Counted from the first letter of the stretch, positions 1-11,519 are shown. The stretch is DNA of 64,000 nucleotides from Erysipelotrichaceae bacterium (GCA_045544415.1 JAZPYW010000108.1:141-64140), one strand, 5' to 3'. A program made the numbers and translations. Notes: a model not told the origin generated them from the sequence alone.

Positions 1-220
1 GGCCGTAACCGATCCAGTTCTTCTTTCTTCCGGTCTATTAGGGCCAGCATTTTTTCTGCAGACCGGTATCTTCCGTCGGCCGGCTTTTCCGCATCAGCCG
101 GGATCTTCCAGATCCTGCCGTTCTGCACCGCACCGGCGATCTTCCCTTCCCCGCACAGCGATCTCACTCTCCTGGTGGAGATCCCCCATCTTTCAGATGC
201 TTCCTTTACTGTGATGTACA
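1..220 (-). CDS. Helix-turn-helix DNA-binding protein (excisionase/MerR-like HTH), C-terminus cut by window edge
   Basis: Hand translation of minus strand from ATG 220-218: MYITVKEASERWGISTRRVRSLCGEGKIAGAVQNGRIWKIPADAEKPADGRYRSAEKMLALIDRKKEELDRLR. Frame stays open to base 1. Confidence 0.5.
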
Positions 221-256
221 TCGAAAAGCCCTCCTTTAAAAGAATTATAACACAGT

Positions 257-315
257 AACGGAAGGATATACGTCTCAACGGAATGATATAAAGCCAATTA
301 ACGGAATGATATAAA
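257..315. repeat. Three direct repeats AACGGAAKGATATA starting at 257, 277 and 300
   Basis: Read directly: aacggaaggatata / aacggaatgatataaa / aacggaatgatataaa, spaced 20 and 23 nt, just upstream of the minus-strand HTH gene start (220). Confidence 0.7.
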
Positions 316-341
316 AGAAAACGGTATGTTTTCCATACCGT
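312..341 (-). terminator. Rho-independent terminator after the ChrA pair
   Basis: Stem ACGGTATG (321-328) / CATACCGT (334-341) with 5-nt loop. A-run 313-320 on plus strand gives a U-run on the minus-strand RNA. Abuts the stop codon at 341-343. Confidence 0.6.
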
Positions 342-907
342 CAGAATACTAAGTACAGGATTGTTCCCAGGACCGCAGTCCCGAAGATGATCAGGATCGG
401 ACTCGCTTTATACTTCCGCAAAAGGAACAGAGATCCCGCAAATAAGAGTATCTCGATATAACGTAAAGACGAGAACGAGAGTTCGGATAAAGTGCTCGTA
501 CCGAAGAAAGCCAATAAAATAATGGTCAGTCCGGCTCCGGCGATCATGGCCACGACGGCAGGGCGAAGCTCTCCTAATACGCTCTTGACGACCTTCAGGT
601 TCCGGTACTTCGTATAGAGCCAGGCCAGAGTCAGGACGATGATGAGAGACGGAGCGATGCAGCCGAGGGTGCAGACGATGGCGCCCGGAAGTCCGGCCAA
701 TTTCTGTCCGACGAAGGTAGCACTGTTTACGGCAATAGGACCCGGTGTCATCTCGGCGATGGTCATAAGGTCGGCATATTCGGCCATACTCAGCCATCCT
801 TTGCCTTGTACGACGAGATCCTGTATCAGCGGCATAGCCGCATATCCTCCGCCGAAAGCGAAGAGACCGATCTGGAAATAGACCAAAAACATCTGAATAA
901 AGATCAT
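341..907 (-). CDS. Chromate transporter family protein (half-size ChrA)
   Basis: 188 aa, polytopic. FGGGYAAMPLIQ and MTPGPIAVNSATFVG motifs typical of the Chromate_transp family. 4-nt overlap with the upstream half. Confidence 0.8.
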   Translation of the reverse strand: MIFIQMFLVYFQIGLFAFGGGYAAMPLIQDLVVQGKGWLSMAEYADLMTIAEMTPGPIAVNSATFVGQKLAGLPGAIVCTLGCIAPSLIIVLTLAWLYTKYRNLKVVKSVLGELRPAVVAMIAGAGLTIILLAFFGTSTLSELSFSSLRYIEILLFAGSLFLLRKYKASPILIIFGTAVLGTILYLVF

Positions 908-1461
908 ACTGTCTCCTCCTTTCTCAGGGACAGAGCCAGTCCGAGGATGATGAAGATCAGGATGATCGTGATCGCAGATACTTTGAAGAACCAGGAAGCG
1001 ATGAAAGCCGCAAACATCAGAATGATATTCAGGATATTCTTCGTCTTGAAGATATTTCCTGCCAGATCGATGACGACATCCGCAATGATGGCGCCTACCC
1101 CTGCCCTCATGACTCTCAGTGCCGTCTGGACGATGACATTCGTGGAGAAGGCATCATAGATCATGCATACAATACTGATGATGACGATCGGCGGAATGAT
1201 GGTACCTAAGGTCGAGACGATGACCCCCGGTATCCCGGCGATACGGTAGCCGAAGATGATGGCGCTGTTGACCGCTAAGGCACCCGGTGCCGACTGAGCG
1301 ATCGCCGTCATATCCAACACCTCTTCATCCGATACCCAGTGCAGTTCATCGCAGAATTTCTTTCTCATCATCCCGATGATGACGAAACCTCCTCCGAAGG
1401 TGAAGGCCGATATCGTCAGCATGGACAAGAACAGTTTTCCCAGATCCGCTTTCTGTTTCAT
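904..1461 (-). CDS. Chromate transporter family protein (half-size ChrA)
   Basis: 185 aa. FTFGGGFVIIGMMRKKF and SAPGALAVNSAIIFG motifs. Paired with 341-907, as is usual for split ChrA. Confidence 0.8.
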   Translation of the reverse strand: MKQKADLGKLFLSMLTISAFTFGGGFVIIGMMRKKFCDELHWVSDEEVLDMTAIAQSAPGALAVNSAIIFGYRIAGIPGVIVSTLGTIIPPIVIISIVCMIYDAFSTNVIVQTALRVMRAGVGAIIADVVIDLAGNIFKTKNILNIILMFAAFIASWFFKVSAITIILIFIILGLALSLRKEETV

Positions 1462-1542
1462 ACAGAAGTCATTCTAAATCAGTTTTCAAACGGAAATCAA
1501 GCCTTATTAATTACCGCAAGACCGGACATTATTTATAAAACT

Positions 1543-1566
1543 AAAGAAAAGATCTCCGCAGAGATC
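1543..1566 (-). terminator. Rho-independent terminator after hicB
   Basis: GATCTC (1551-1556) cgca GAGATC (1561-1566). A-run 1545-1550 on plus strand gives a U-run on the minus-strand RNA. Confidence 0.55.
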
Positions 1567-1912
1567 AGATATTTTTCGAGAGAAGATATACACAGTACTG
1601 ATTCATACTGACGCCCTCGTTTCTTGCCCGGATCGCGATCTGTCTGTGCAGACTCTTCGGGATACGGAGTTTGAATTGTCCGGAGTATCTTTCCGTTTCC
1701 TGCGGTTCCCGTATCACAGCGCCTTCCTCTATCGCTGCAGTGAACCATTCTCTTTTTGCGTCTTCTGCATTGTGCAGGGCATCTTCCAATGTGTCTCCAT
1801 AAGTCATACATCCGGGAAGCTCGGGAAACGAAATGACGAATCCCCCTTCGTCAGGATCCGGGACGATCTCCATCCTGTAGGGAAGCCTCATATATTCAGT
1901 TAATGACTTCAT
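1565..1912 (-). CDS. hicB: HicB-family antitoxin
   Basis: 115 aa. N-terminal DPDEGGFVISFPELPGCMTYGDTLEDALHNAEDAKREW is the classic HicB fold signature. C-terminal RHH-like KSLHRQIAIRARNEGVSMNQY. Confidence 0.8.
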   Translation of the reverse strand: MKSLTEYMRLPYRMEIVPDPDEGGFVISFPELPGCMTYGDTLEDALHNAEDAKREWFTAAIEEGAVIREPQETERYSGQFKLRIPKSLHRQIAIRARNEGVSMNQYCVYLLSKNI

Positions 1913-2061
1913 CTTTTTCTTCCTCCTTTAGGACCATTCTCCACATATCCGTAGAATTCGAGGACTCTTTTAAGCTCATCATATCTGAGATCATTCGATA
2001 AACTTAAGATCCGTCCCGGCAGTTTATCCCATTTTGACATAATAGATTGCATTTCAGACAT
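1909..2061 (-). CDS. Short HicA-like ORF (50 aa), possibly a truncated or degenerate toxin
   Basis: Hand translation: MSEMQSIMSKWDKLPGRILSLSNDLRYDELKRVLEFYGYVENGPKGGRKR*. The stop TGA overlaps the hicB ATG (ATGA). It resembles only the N-terminal part of HicA and ends where the conserved GSH would be. Confidence 0.4.
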   Translation of the reverse strand: MSEMQSIMSKWDKLPGRILSLSNDLRYDELKRVLEFYGYVENGPKGGRKR

Positions 2062-2095
2062 TAAGCAGCTGTAATAAGACAAGAGCCTCCTTTCT

Positions 2096-2494
2096 TCATA
2101 CCCGGTTCTCCAGCCGAAGGCCTTCTACTCTTTCGAATTCAGCGGTGTTGTTTGTGATCAGAGTGCATCCGAGGCTCTTCGCATGAGCTGCGATCAGAAG
2201 ATCGTTTGCGCCGATCAGCTTCCCTTCTTTTTTCAGTTCGTAACGGATCTTTCCGTATTCTCTTGCGGCATCTGCGTCAAAAGGAAGAACATCGATGTCA
2301 GAAAGAAATACCATAAGCGCCAGACGATTCTGTTCCGGCCTTGAACTGTTACATGCTCCATATTCCAATTCTGCTAAAGCGATCGAAGAGATGCAAAGAT
2401 CGTTAGGATCGTATTCCTGAAATCTATGCAGTACATGATCCGGCCTTGCGTTTTTTGCATAAACGATGATATTCGTGTCCAGCATGTATCTCAT
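2096..2494 (-). CDS. vapC: PIN-domain toxin VapC
   Basis: 132 aa. MLDTNIIVY start, conserved acidic residues (D5, E43, D-rich C-terminal half), ITNNTAEFERV tail. 4-nt overlap with the upstream antitoxin. Confidence 0.85.
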   Translation of the reverse strand: MRYMLDTNIIVYAKNARPDHVLHRFQEYDPNDLCISSIALAELEYGACNSSRPEQNRLALMVFLSDIDVLPFDADAAREYGKIRYELKKEGKLIGANDLLIAAHAKSLGCTLITNNTAEFERVEGLRLENRV

Positions 2495-2724
2495 AAGATC
2501 TCTCTTTCTTCGACCGGGAGATCTTCTACCCCGCTCATATAGTCATCGGTAAACAGAGACAGTCCAAGCATGATAGAACTCCAAGGATCGCTTTTCGGCA
2601 TCAGAATGACAACTTTCCCGATCTTGTTTACATATACTTCATCTTCCTCAAAACGGCAGTTTTTAGGCAGACGGACAGCCTGAGAGCCTCCATTTGAAAA
2701 TATTCTCGCAGTTTCCATAAACAT
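2491..2724 (-). CDS. vapB: AbrB/SpoVT-type antitoxin VapB
   Basis: 77 aa. FSNGGSQAVRLPKNCRFEEDEVYVNKIGKVVILMP is a swapped-hairpin AbrB-like domain. Directly upstream of vapC. Confidence 0.8.
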   Translation of the reverse strand: MFMETARIFSNGGSQAVRLPKNCRFEEDEVYVNKIGKVVILMPKSDPWSSIMLGLSLFTDDYMSGVEDLPVEEREIL

Positions 2725-2847
2725 TCCTCCTTTTCCTAAAGTATATATATATGTATATACTATGTCAATTTCTTACCGGTACCTTTCATCTTGTCAGCCG
2801 CCGATGTTCGGAGCACTGAAAGAGTTGTGCTACAATGAGGATGAACT

Positions 2848-3930
2848 ATGAAGAATCTGAATGTACTCATCAAACCGGCATCGTCTCTCTGCAATCTGCG
2901 CTGCAGATACTGTTTTTACCATGATGTCGCAGCGAATCGGGATGTACCTTCTACCGGAGTCATGAATGAAGAAGACAGCGATCTTCTGATCCGGAGGATC
3001 GCCGAATATCTGGAGGAAGAAGGAACGGCCAATATCGCTTTTCAGGGCGGAGAACCGACCGTAGCCGGGGTAGAATGGTTCACTCATTTCACAAAGAAGA
3101 TGGAAGAGTATCCGAAGGTCAAAGTGAACTATTTCCTGCAGACCAATGCGACCTTATTGAATGAGGAATGGGTCTCATTATTTAAGAAATATCACTTCCT
3201 GATCGGTGTCAGTATCGACGGCTATCAGACGAACATGGACCATTTCCGCTATGATGTATCCAAAAGAGGCGTCTACTATAAAGTACTGAGCGGGATCGAT
3301 ATGCTGAAGAAAGCAGGAGTCGATTTCAATATCCTGACCGTAGTCACTGCCGATCTGGCCAAGCATCCGAAGGCCTTATTGAACTGGGTCCTGGAACATC
3401 GTTTCGAGTATCTCCAGCTCATACCGTGCTTGCCGGGGCTGGAGGAGAAAGACAGCGATATCGCTCTGTCGCCGAGGCTCTATGCGTCCTTCTACAAAGA
3501 GTTTTTCAAGGAATGGAAGAGTGCTTTATTAAAGGGAAAATTCGTCAATGTGAACCTCTTTGAGCATCTCACGGGCATTCTGGAAGGATATCCTCCGTAT
3601 CAGTGCGGCATGATCGGAAAGTGTGTCATCCAGTATGTCATCGAAGGAAACGGAGATGTCTACCCCTGCGACTTCTACTGTCTCGATGAATACTGTCTGG
3701 GCAATCTGAAAGACCTTTCCCTCAAAGAGATGGCAGAGAGCGACAGAGGAAGAAAGTTCCTGGAAGGAAGCGAATGCCGAAAGGCACCATGCACGTCCTG
3801 TCCGTATCTCTATATCTGCAACGGAGGCTGCCGCAGACAGAACGTCTGCTACCTGGAAGAAGGATACTGTGCCTATAAAGAGGTACTGGATGAGATACTG
3901 CCTCAGCTCGATCAGCTCAGAAGAAGATAA
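2848..3930 (+). CDS. Radical SAM/SPASM maturase, anaerobic sulfatase-maturating enzyme type
   Basis: 360 aa. LIKPASSLCNLRCRYCFYH (CxxxCxxC cluster) and a Cys-rich C-terminal SPASM region (CGMIGKC, CDFYC, CTSCPYLYICNGGCRRQ). Confidence 0.8.
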   Translation: MKNLNVLIKPASSLCNLRCRYCFYHDVAANRDVPSTGVMNEEDSDLLIRRIAEYLEEEGTANIAFQGGEPTVAGVEWFTHFTKKMEEYPKVKVNYFLQTNATLLNEEWVSLFKKYHFLIGVSIDGYQTNMDHFRYDVSKRGVYYKVLSGIDMLKKAGVDFNILTVVTADLAKHPKALLNWVLEHRFEYLQLIPCLPGLEEKDSDIALSPRLYASFYKEFFKEWKSALLKGKFVNVNLFEHLTGILEGYPPYQCGMIGKCVIQYVIEGNGDVYPCDFYCLDEYCLGNLKDLSLKEMAESDRGRKFLEGSECRKAPCTSCPYLYICNGGCRRQNVCYLEEGYCAYKEVLDEILPQLDQLRRR

Positions 3931-3957
3931 ACAGACGGAAGGAAAGACCTTCCGTTT

Positions 3958-5424
3958 TTAGTGTTTGATATATTCGTAGCGTACAGACCGGTTATCCGAG
4001 AAGTCCCGGGCGATCATTCCCCGATCCGCCAGCGAACGTACAGCTTCCGACAGTTTCGCCGATATCGATCTATATCCCATTGCCCGGGAGATCTCCGTTA
4101 AAGTCAATGGGTTATTTTCTATAATTCTGAGTATTTTTTTATCATACTCGTTTTCTTTATTTTTTATAGTTTCTTTCCTGAAATCCTTATGTACAGGAAG
4201 AGTGATCGATAGATAACTTCTTTCCGGATCCATCTCGATCTCGAACGGGTCTGAACCGTTCTCCTCCAAAGCCTTTCTCACCATTGGAAAACCGGTATTT
4301 CTTCCTTCGATGAGACGCAGTTCCTTCAGAAAGTCTCCGATCCTCCTGTTGCGGTAGATATTCGCTCTAAGGTCTCCTGCGGCGATCTTCTGATCGGTGA
4401 TGCTGCGGTCGAAACCCGGGTGACTCGTTATGATGAGACGGTCTTTCTCCAGACGTACGGTGATCGGTTCATTGATCTGATAGGACTTATGATAGACTGC
4501 ATTCGACAGTATTTCTTCTATGGCCCGGAAAGGATAATTGAAGATACGTATCGCTTCCGGTCGGTCCTTTACTTTGATGATCTTTTCCTGTATCACATAA
4601 TTCTTTATAAATGCCAGTGCGTCTTTCAATTGCCTCTGTATCGGTCCCTGGAATACCTTCTCGATCATATCCGTTCCCGTTTCATCCGGTATATCGACAA
4701 ATTCGATACGGGCATAACGGAAATACCTGCTGATCTTTTCCGAAAACATCAGGATCCCGACATTCCTCGGTCTCTTATTCTCTGCAGGTCCTTCGATCAG
4801 CTGCATACTCTCAGCGATGTCATAGAGACTCATATTCAAAGACGGTTCATAGAGGGCGCTGTTCGTCTCTTTCAGATGTGCTCTCAGAAGTCCTATATCA
4901 AGATCTTCCATCTCAGCTGCCAGATTCGGGCGGTCGTCAAAAGGAACGTTTCCGGAAACGTAAAACAGCTCTTTTTCTTCATCTCTTGAAGCGATCACGC
5001 TGCTGGAGAATTTACGGATATAGTACTGCTTTTCCGACCCTTTTTTCGTGACATATCTCGGCGCTTTATACGGTCTGCCGAATCCTCCGGAGATCCAGAT
5101 CACGATCACGTAGACTCCTTCATACAACACCGGTTCTGCGACCGGTTCATATAGAGGTTCTATGTGATGACAGTATTCCCTGAGTTTCTTGAGGATCATA
5201 TCGATTTCTTTCTGTTCGATCCCCCTGATCGGATACTTTACGGTACCGTTTTCTTCTTCTACTCCGAGAATGATATAGCCGCCTCCGGTATTGTCGATAT
5301 CGTTCGCAAAGGCACAGATACTGCGAATGACGGCATCCGGATTGAAACCGCTTTTGAATTCGACACGGTTGGATTCTACGATCTGACGGTTGATGAGATC
5401 ACGGATATTTACAGGAACAGACAT
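3958..5424 (-). CDS. AlbA_2 (Schlafen-like) DNA-binding domain / ATPase-like / C-terminal wHTH protein (often annotated RecG-like regulator)
   Basis: 488 aa. N-terminal ESNRVEFKSGFNPDAVIRSICAFANDIDNTGGGYIILGVEE matches the AlbA_2 signature as I remember it. Central NAVYHKSY...GRNTGFPMV histidine-kinase-like ATPase region. C-terminal HTH. Confidence 0.6.
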   Translation of the reverse strand: MSVPVNIRDLINRQIVESNRVEFKSGFNPDAVIRSICAFANDIDNTGGGYIILGVEEENGTVKYPIRGIEQKEIDMILKKLREYCHHIEPLYEPVAEPVLYEGVYVIVIWISGGFGRPYKAPRYVTKKGSEKQYYIRKFSSSVIASRDEEKELFYVSGNVPFDDRPNLAAEMEDLDIGLLRAHLKETNSALYEPSLNMSLYDIAESMQLIEGPAENKRPRNVGILMFSEKISRYFRYARIEFVDIPDETGTDMIEKVFQGPIQRQLKDALAFIKNYVIQEKIIKVKDRPEAIRIFNYPFRAIEEILSNAVYHKSYQINEPITVRLEKDRLIITSHPGFDRSITDQKIAAGDLRANIYRNRRIGDFLKELRLIEGRNTGFPMVRKALEENGSDPFEIEMDPERSYLSITLPVHKDFRKETIKNKENEYDKKILRIIENNPLTLTEISRAMGYRSISAKLSEAVRSLADRGMIARDFSDNRSVRYEYIKH

Positions 5425-5466
5425 AGACAGCCTCCTCTCGACAATATTGTAACCGCTCGATACAGA

Positions 5467-5508
5467 TTTGTCGAGTACTCGACAAAAAAAATATCGAGTA
5501 CTCGATAT
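5467..5508. promoter_or_regulatory. Two perfect palindromes sharing the core CGAGTACTCG (candidate operators)
   Basis: TTTGTCGAGTACTCGACAAA (5467-5486) and ATATCGAGTACTCGATAT (5491-5508). They lie 40-85 nt upstream of the AlbA_2 gene start at 5424. Confidence 0.55.
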
Positions 5509-5523
5509 ACTCTATATACGTCA

Positions 5524-5548
5524 TATAAAAAGATCCTTTTCAGGATCT
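5524..5548 (-). terminator. Rho-independent terminator ending the PTS/GH1/paralog operon
   Basis: AGATCCT (5531-5537) tttc AGGATCT (5542-5548), followed on the minus-strand RNA by UUUUAU. 7 nt after the HAD stop codon. Confidence 0.6.
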
Positions 5549-5554
5549 CTTATG

Positions 5555-6388
5555 TCATTGTTTATCGAACAGATATGTCTCGATGAATCTTGCGAAACCG
5601 TCTTCCTCGTTGGTGTATTCCGTGATCACATCGGCAGCTGCCTTCGTATCGGGAGTGCCGTTCTTCATGCAGACACCGAATCCGGCTGTCTCCAGCAGAC
5701 CGTTGTCGTTGGTCATATCCCCGAAGGCCCATACATCTTCCAGAGAGATATGATGTTTCTCGCAATACCTCTTCAATGTCTTTCCTTTATCGGCTCCGGG
5801 TTCCTGGAATTCCAGCATCGTCGTCTGTGTCTTGAAGGAATGGAATTCTTTACAGTGGAACTGCTTCGCATATTCCGCTGCTTCTGCGATCGTTTCTTCA
5901 TCTCCCCGGTACATCAGCTTGAGCTGATCATCCATAGTCATCACTTCCAATGGTACGACTTCCAGATCGAACATATTCCTGGCTGCAGACGCTTCCGTAA
6001 GATCATCGATCTTTTCACACTGCACCTTTCCGTTCTTGTATACCTGTAGAGTCAGGCGTCCCTGAAAGACGGACATGATATCGCAGATCTTCTTCACGGT
6101 CTCTTTCTTCAGGATCGAGAAACTCTCTACGCGGTCTTCTTCCTTCTCCCAGATCTGTCCTCCGTTGAGTCCGATGATGAAGTCGAAATCAAAGGAAAGA
6201 CCCCAGTCTTCATACTTTTTGATCATCCATTTTTCCAGAGGTCTTCCCGAGGCGATACCTAAAAGGATGCCTCGGCGATGAAGCTCCTCATAGACTTCTC
6301 TGGTATGTTCCGACAGGACATGTGCGTCATTCGCGATCGTCCCGTCTATATCGGCTGCAATAAGTTTCGGCTTTTTATATATGCTCAT
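5555..6388 (-). CDS. Cof-type HAD-IIB phosphatase
   Basis: 277 aa. IAADIDGTI (DxDGT nucleophile motif), IASGRP, FGDMTNDNGLLE. ATGA overlap with EIIA. Confidence 0.8.
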   Translation of the reverse strand: MSIYKKPKLIAADIDGTIANDAHVLSEHTREVYEELHRRGILLGIASGRPLEKWMIKKYEDWGLSFDFDFIIGLNGGQIWEKEEDRVESFSILKKETVKKICDIMSVFQGRLTLQVYKNGKVQCEKIDDLTEASAARNMFDLEVVPLEVMTMDDQLKLMYRGDEETIAEAAEYAKQFHCKEFHSFKTQTTMLEFQEPGADKGKTLKRYCEKHHISLEDVWAFGDMTNDNGLLETAGFGVCMKNGTPDTKAAADVITEYTNEEDGFARFIETYLFDKQ

Positions 6389-6891
6389 CCGAGGATATCA
6401 TCCCCGCGCTTGACATCTCCAGGAGCACGGAAGACGAGGTCTTTCGGATTGGCTGTCAGAATGATCATCGTGGACATCTCATAGTTCTGTCTGAGCTTCT
6501 TCAGGTCGACTTCGACGATCGGATCACCGGCTTTGACCGCATCGCCCTGAGCCTTCTTCAGCAGACGGAAACCGTCGCCGTTGGCATTGACGGTGTTGAC
6601 ACCGCAGTGTACTAGGATCTCTGTGCCGTCATTCATGGCGATACCGAAAGCGTGTCCTGTAGGGAAAAGAACACCTAAAGTACCATTGGCCGGAGAACAG
6701 AGAACGACTTTGTCTCCTTCAAATGTAAGAGCGGTGGATCTGCCCATCATCTCTTCCGCAAAGACCGGATCACCTACTGTCTTGATGTCGATCAGCTTGC
6801 CGTCGGCAATAGCTACGATCTTATCATCGGCAACATCAAACGGTTCGAGAACTGCTTCTTCTTTTTTCTTGAAAATGTCAAATAACCCCAT
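6385..6891 (-). CDS. PTS EIIA component, glucose/beta-glucoside family
   Basis: 168 aa. DPVFAEEMMG, FPTGHAFGI and ILVHCGVNTV (phospho-His region) are typical of EIIA-Glc domains. Confidence 0.85.
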   Translation of the reverse strand: MGLFDIFKKKEEAVLEPFDVADDKIVAIADGKLIDIKTVGDPVFAEEMMGRSTALTFEGDKVVLCSPANGTLGVLFPTGHAFGIAMNDGTEILVHCGVNTVNANGDGFRLLKKAQGDAVKAGDPIVEVDLKKLRQNYEMSTMIILTANPKDLVFRAPGDVKRGDDILG

Positions 6892-6905
6892 ATTTTCCTC
6901 CTTGA

Positions 6906-7970
6906 CTATTTCTCTCTCGGATCGCTTACTTCAAACCCCATTTTGCGGATATTATCTACGTAAGCACCCATGACTTCAGTTATATTGTAATAGATTTTGT
7001 GTTTATAGGGAATATTTCCTTCATACCATGGACCGTATGCCTGCGTCTGTCCTTTTCTCTCGAATTTCGGTGTCGCCGAGTATCCCTTGCCTCCCCATTT
7101 ATAGTCGACATGGATATACTTTTCCGCAAAACGCCAGTCGCCGCTTACGAGCTGTACGGTATCGTCTCCCTCAGGCAGATAATCCGGACGGACGAACTTC
7201 GCATTCTCCAGATAGATCTCATCGGTCAGGACCGGTTCTTCCCCGTCCAGCATATACAGGCCGATGCCGTGACCGTTTGAACCGTCGATCGTCGAGATCA
7301 TCGCATAGACTGCTTCGCATCTTCCGTCTTCCCTCTCGCCGTCGAGATAGGCAGCGATATACGCAAAGGCCGTTTCATTGGACTTCTTCGCATCTTCATC
7401 CTTCGGTCTCCAGGTACGGTCATAGCCGCCCATGCCCTGTACAGGTCTTCCCTCATAAGTACCGGAGAGCTTGATGCCGGTCATCTGAGCGACCGCATGA
7501 CGCGGAGAATTGCGGTGTTCGAAGTGGCTGTTCTCGAGTGCCGTAAAGGTCAGATCGCAGATGCAGCCGTCCTTTCCTTCCACATATCTTCCGCCGTCTT
7601 TTCTCAGTTCGAACAAGGCGTACGGTTCTTTCGATTCGATACGGTAGGTCACCGGATCATCGCATACTTTTTCGTATGGGGTCGTAGCTGCATCGCCCTG
7701 AGCCAGATCGCTCACATGGGCTTCGCTCTGCGGGTCCAGGATGGTATTTCCCGGATGAACGATACCCGACCATCTCCAGGAAGAAGGGTTCATGTTGCGC
7801 ATGAATACGAGGGGCTTTTCATCTGTTCCTTCCGGATACAGCATTCCCCAGATCGCATACTGCAGGAGTTCCGCATAACCGTCTGTCTCATTCTGAAAGA
7901 CAGGAGGCGACAATGCGAGATCCTCATCTTCTACCGGCCGCACTTCGATCCCGAACGAAGTTCTGATCAT
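6906..7970 (-). CDS. Uncharacterised paralog family member P1 of 8 (most divergent copy)
   Basis: 354 aa. Shares the DGRxE, KG, GQ, GxWYxG, YxH and ExMxAY blocks with the other seven copies. No signal peptide or TM segment. Confidence 0.85.
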   Translation of the reverse strand: MIRTSFGIEVRPVEDEDLALSPPVFQNETDGYAELLQYAIWGMLYPEGTDEKPLVFMRNMNPSSWRWSGIVHPGNTILDPQSEAHVSDLAQGDAATTPYEKVCDDPVTYRIESKEPYALFELRKDGGRYVEGKDGCICDLTFTALENSHFEHRNSPRHAVAQMTGIKLSGTYEGRPVQGMGGYDRTWRPKDEDAKKSNETAFAYIAAYLDGEREDGRCEAVYAMISTIDGSNGHGIGLYMLDGEEPVLTDEIYLENAKFVRPDYLPEGDDTVQLVSGDWRFAEKYIHVDYKWGGKGYSATPKFERKGQTQAYGPWYEGNIPYKHKIYYNITEVMGAYVDNIRKMGFEVSDPREK

Positions 7971-7973
7971 AGT

Positions 7974-10481
<2,508 letters not shown>

Positions 10482-10492
<11 letters not shown>

Positions 10493-11519
10493 ATTTGTCC
10501 TCCTTGACTCTAAATCCCCTTTTCTTCAGATCATCTTCATACGCTTCCATATTCTCGGAGAACGTATTCCAGATCCTATGTTTATATGGGACATCTCCCT
10601 CATACCAGCAGCCGAAGATCTGCGACTGTCCGTGCCTCTCAAAGCGCGGTTTGGCGGTAAAGCCTTTCGCACCGCGATATCCTTTCACATGGAGGGTCTT
10701 TCCTCCAAACTTCCAGATATTGTCGACACAGACCATCGTTCCATCATCGACATACGGGAGTTTCTCCCATACACCTTCATTTGTGACTTCCCCGCTGATC
10801 ACCGGCTCTTCTCCTTCGAGCCAGTAGATCCCGAGGCCTTTTCCATTCTCGTGACAGCAGAGTCCGATGAACCATTCTCTCCGTCCGTCATCCCGTATCC
10901 CCGAGCAGTAGCTCGACAGATAGGAAGTCGCATTCTTCAGGATCTCCATCTCTTTTCCCTGAGGGGAGAAGATCCTGTCGATACAGGCGAGAAATTCGAT
11001 CGGTTCTCCTTCATAAGTCCCTTTCAGATGCACCGGCAGATGCATGAACGGGATGTTGTATTCCGAAGCCATGTGGCAGATGAGTCCGTACGGGAACCAT
11101 TCTCCTGTCACATCGAGAATGGAACCGTCTTTTCCTTCCTTCCAGGTACAGCCGTCTTCATTGTAGGTGAAGCACATCTCTCTTCCTTCGGTCGTATAGA
11201 TGCCGTAAGTAAGAGGATCTTCGCTCAATACACTGTACGGGATCGTCGGATCATCCTGAGCCATGTCTTCCCCGTGTACGCCTTCCTGCAGAGAGAAAGG
11301 TCCTTCTCCCAGACGTATGATGGCCGACCACCTCGAGGAGGTCTCATTCATATTGTGGAAGTAGTACAGCGGTTTTTCTTCGTTGCTTTTCAGCATGCCG
11401 CAGTTGTCGTGGCGGATGAGGCGCACGACATCCTCCGGAAAATCTTCCTTGAAACAGGAAGGGGTACTGCTGAAATCGTCATTGGTAAATCTACGGTATT
11501 CGATATGCAGATCGTTCAT
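10482..11519 (-). CDS. Uncharacterised paralog family member P3 of 8
   Basis: 345 aa. GIRDDGRRE, LPYVDDGT, RHGQSQIFGCWYEGDVPYKH, ENMEAY. 11-nt overlap with P2. Confidence 0.9.
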
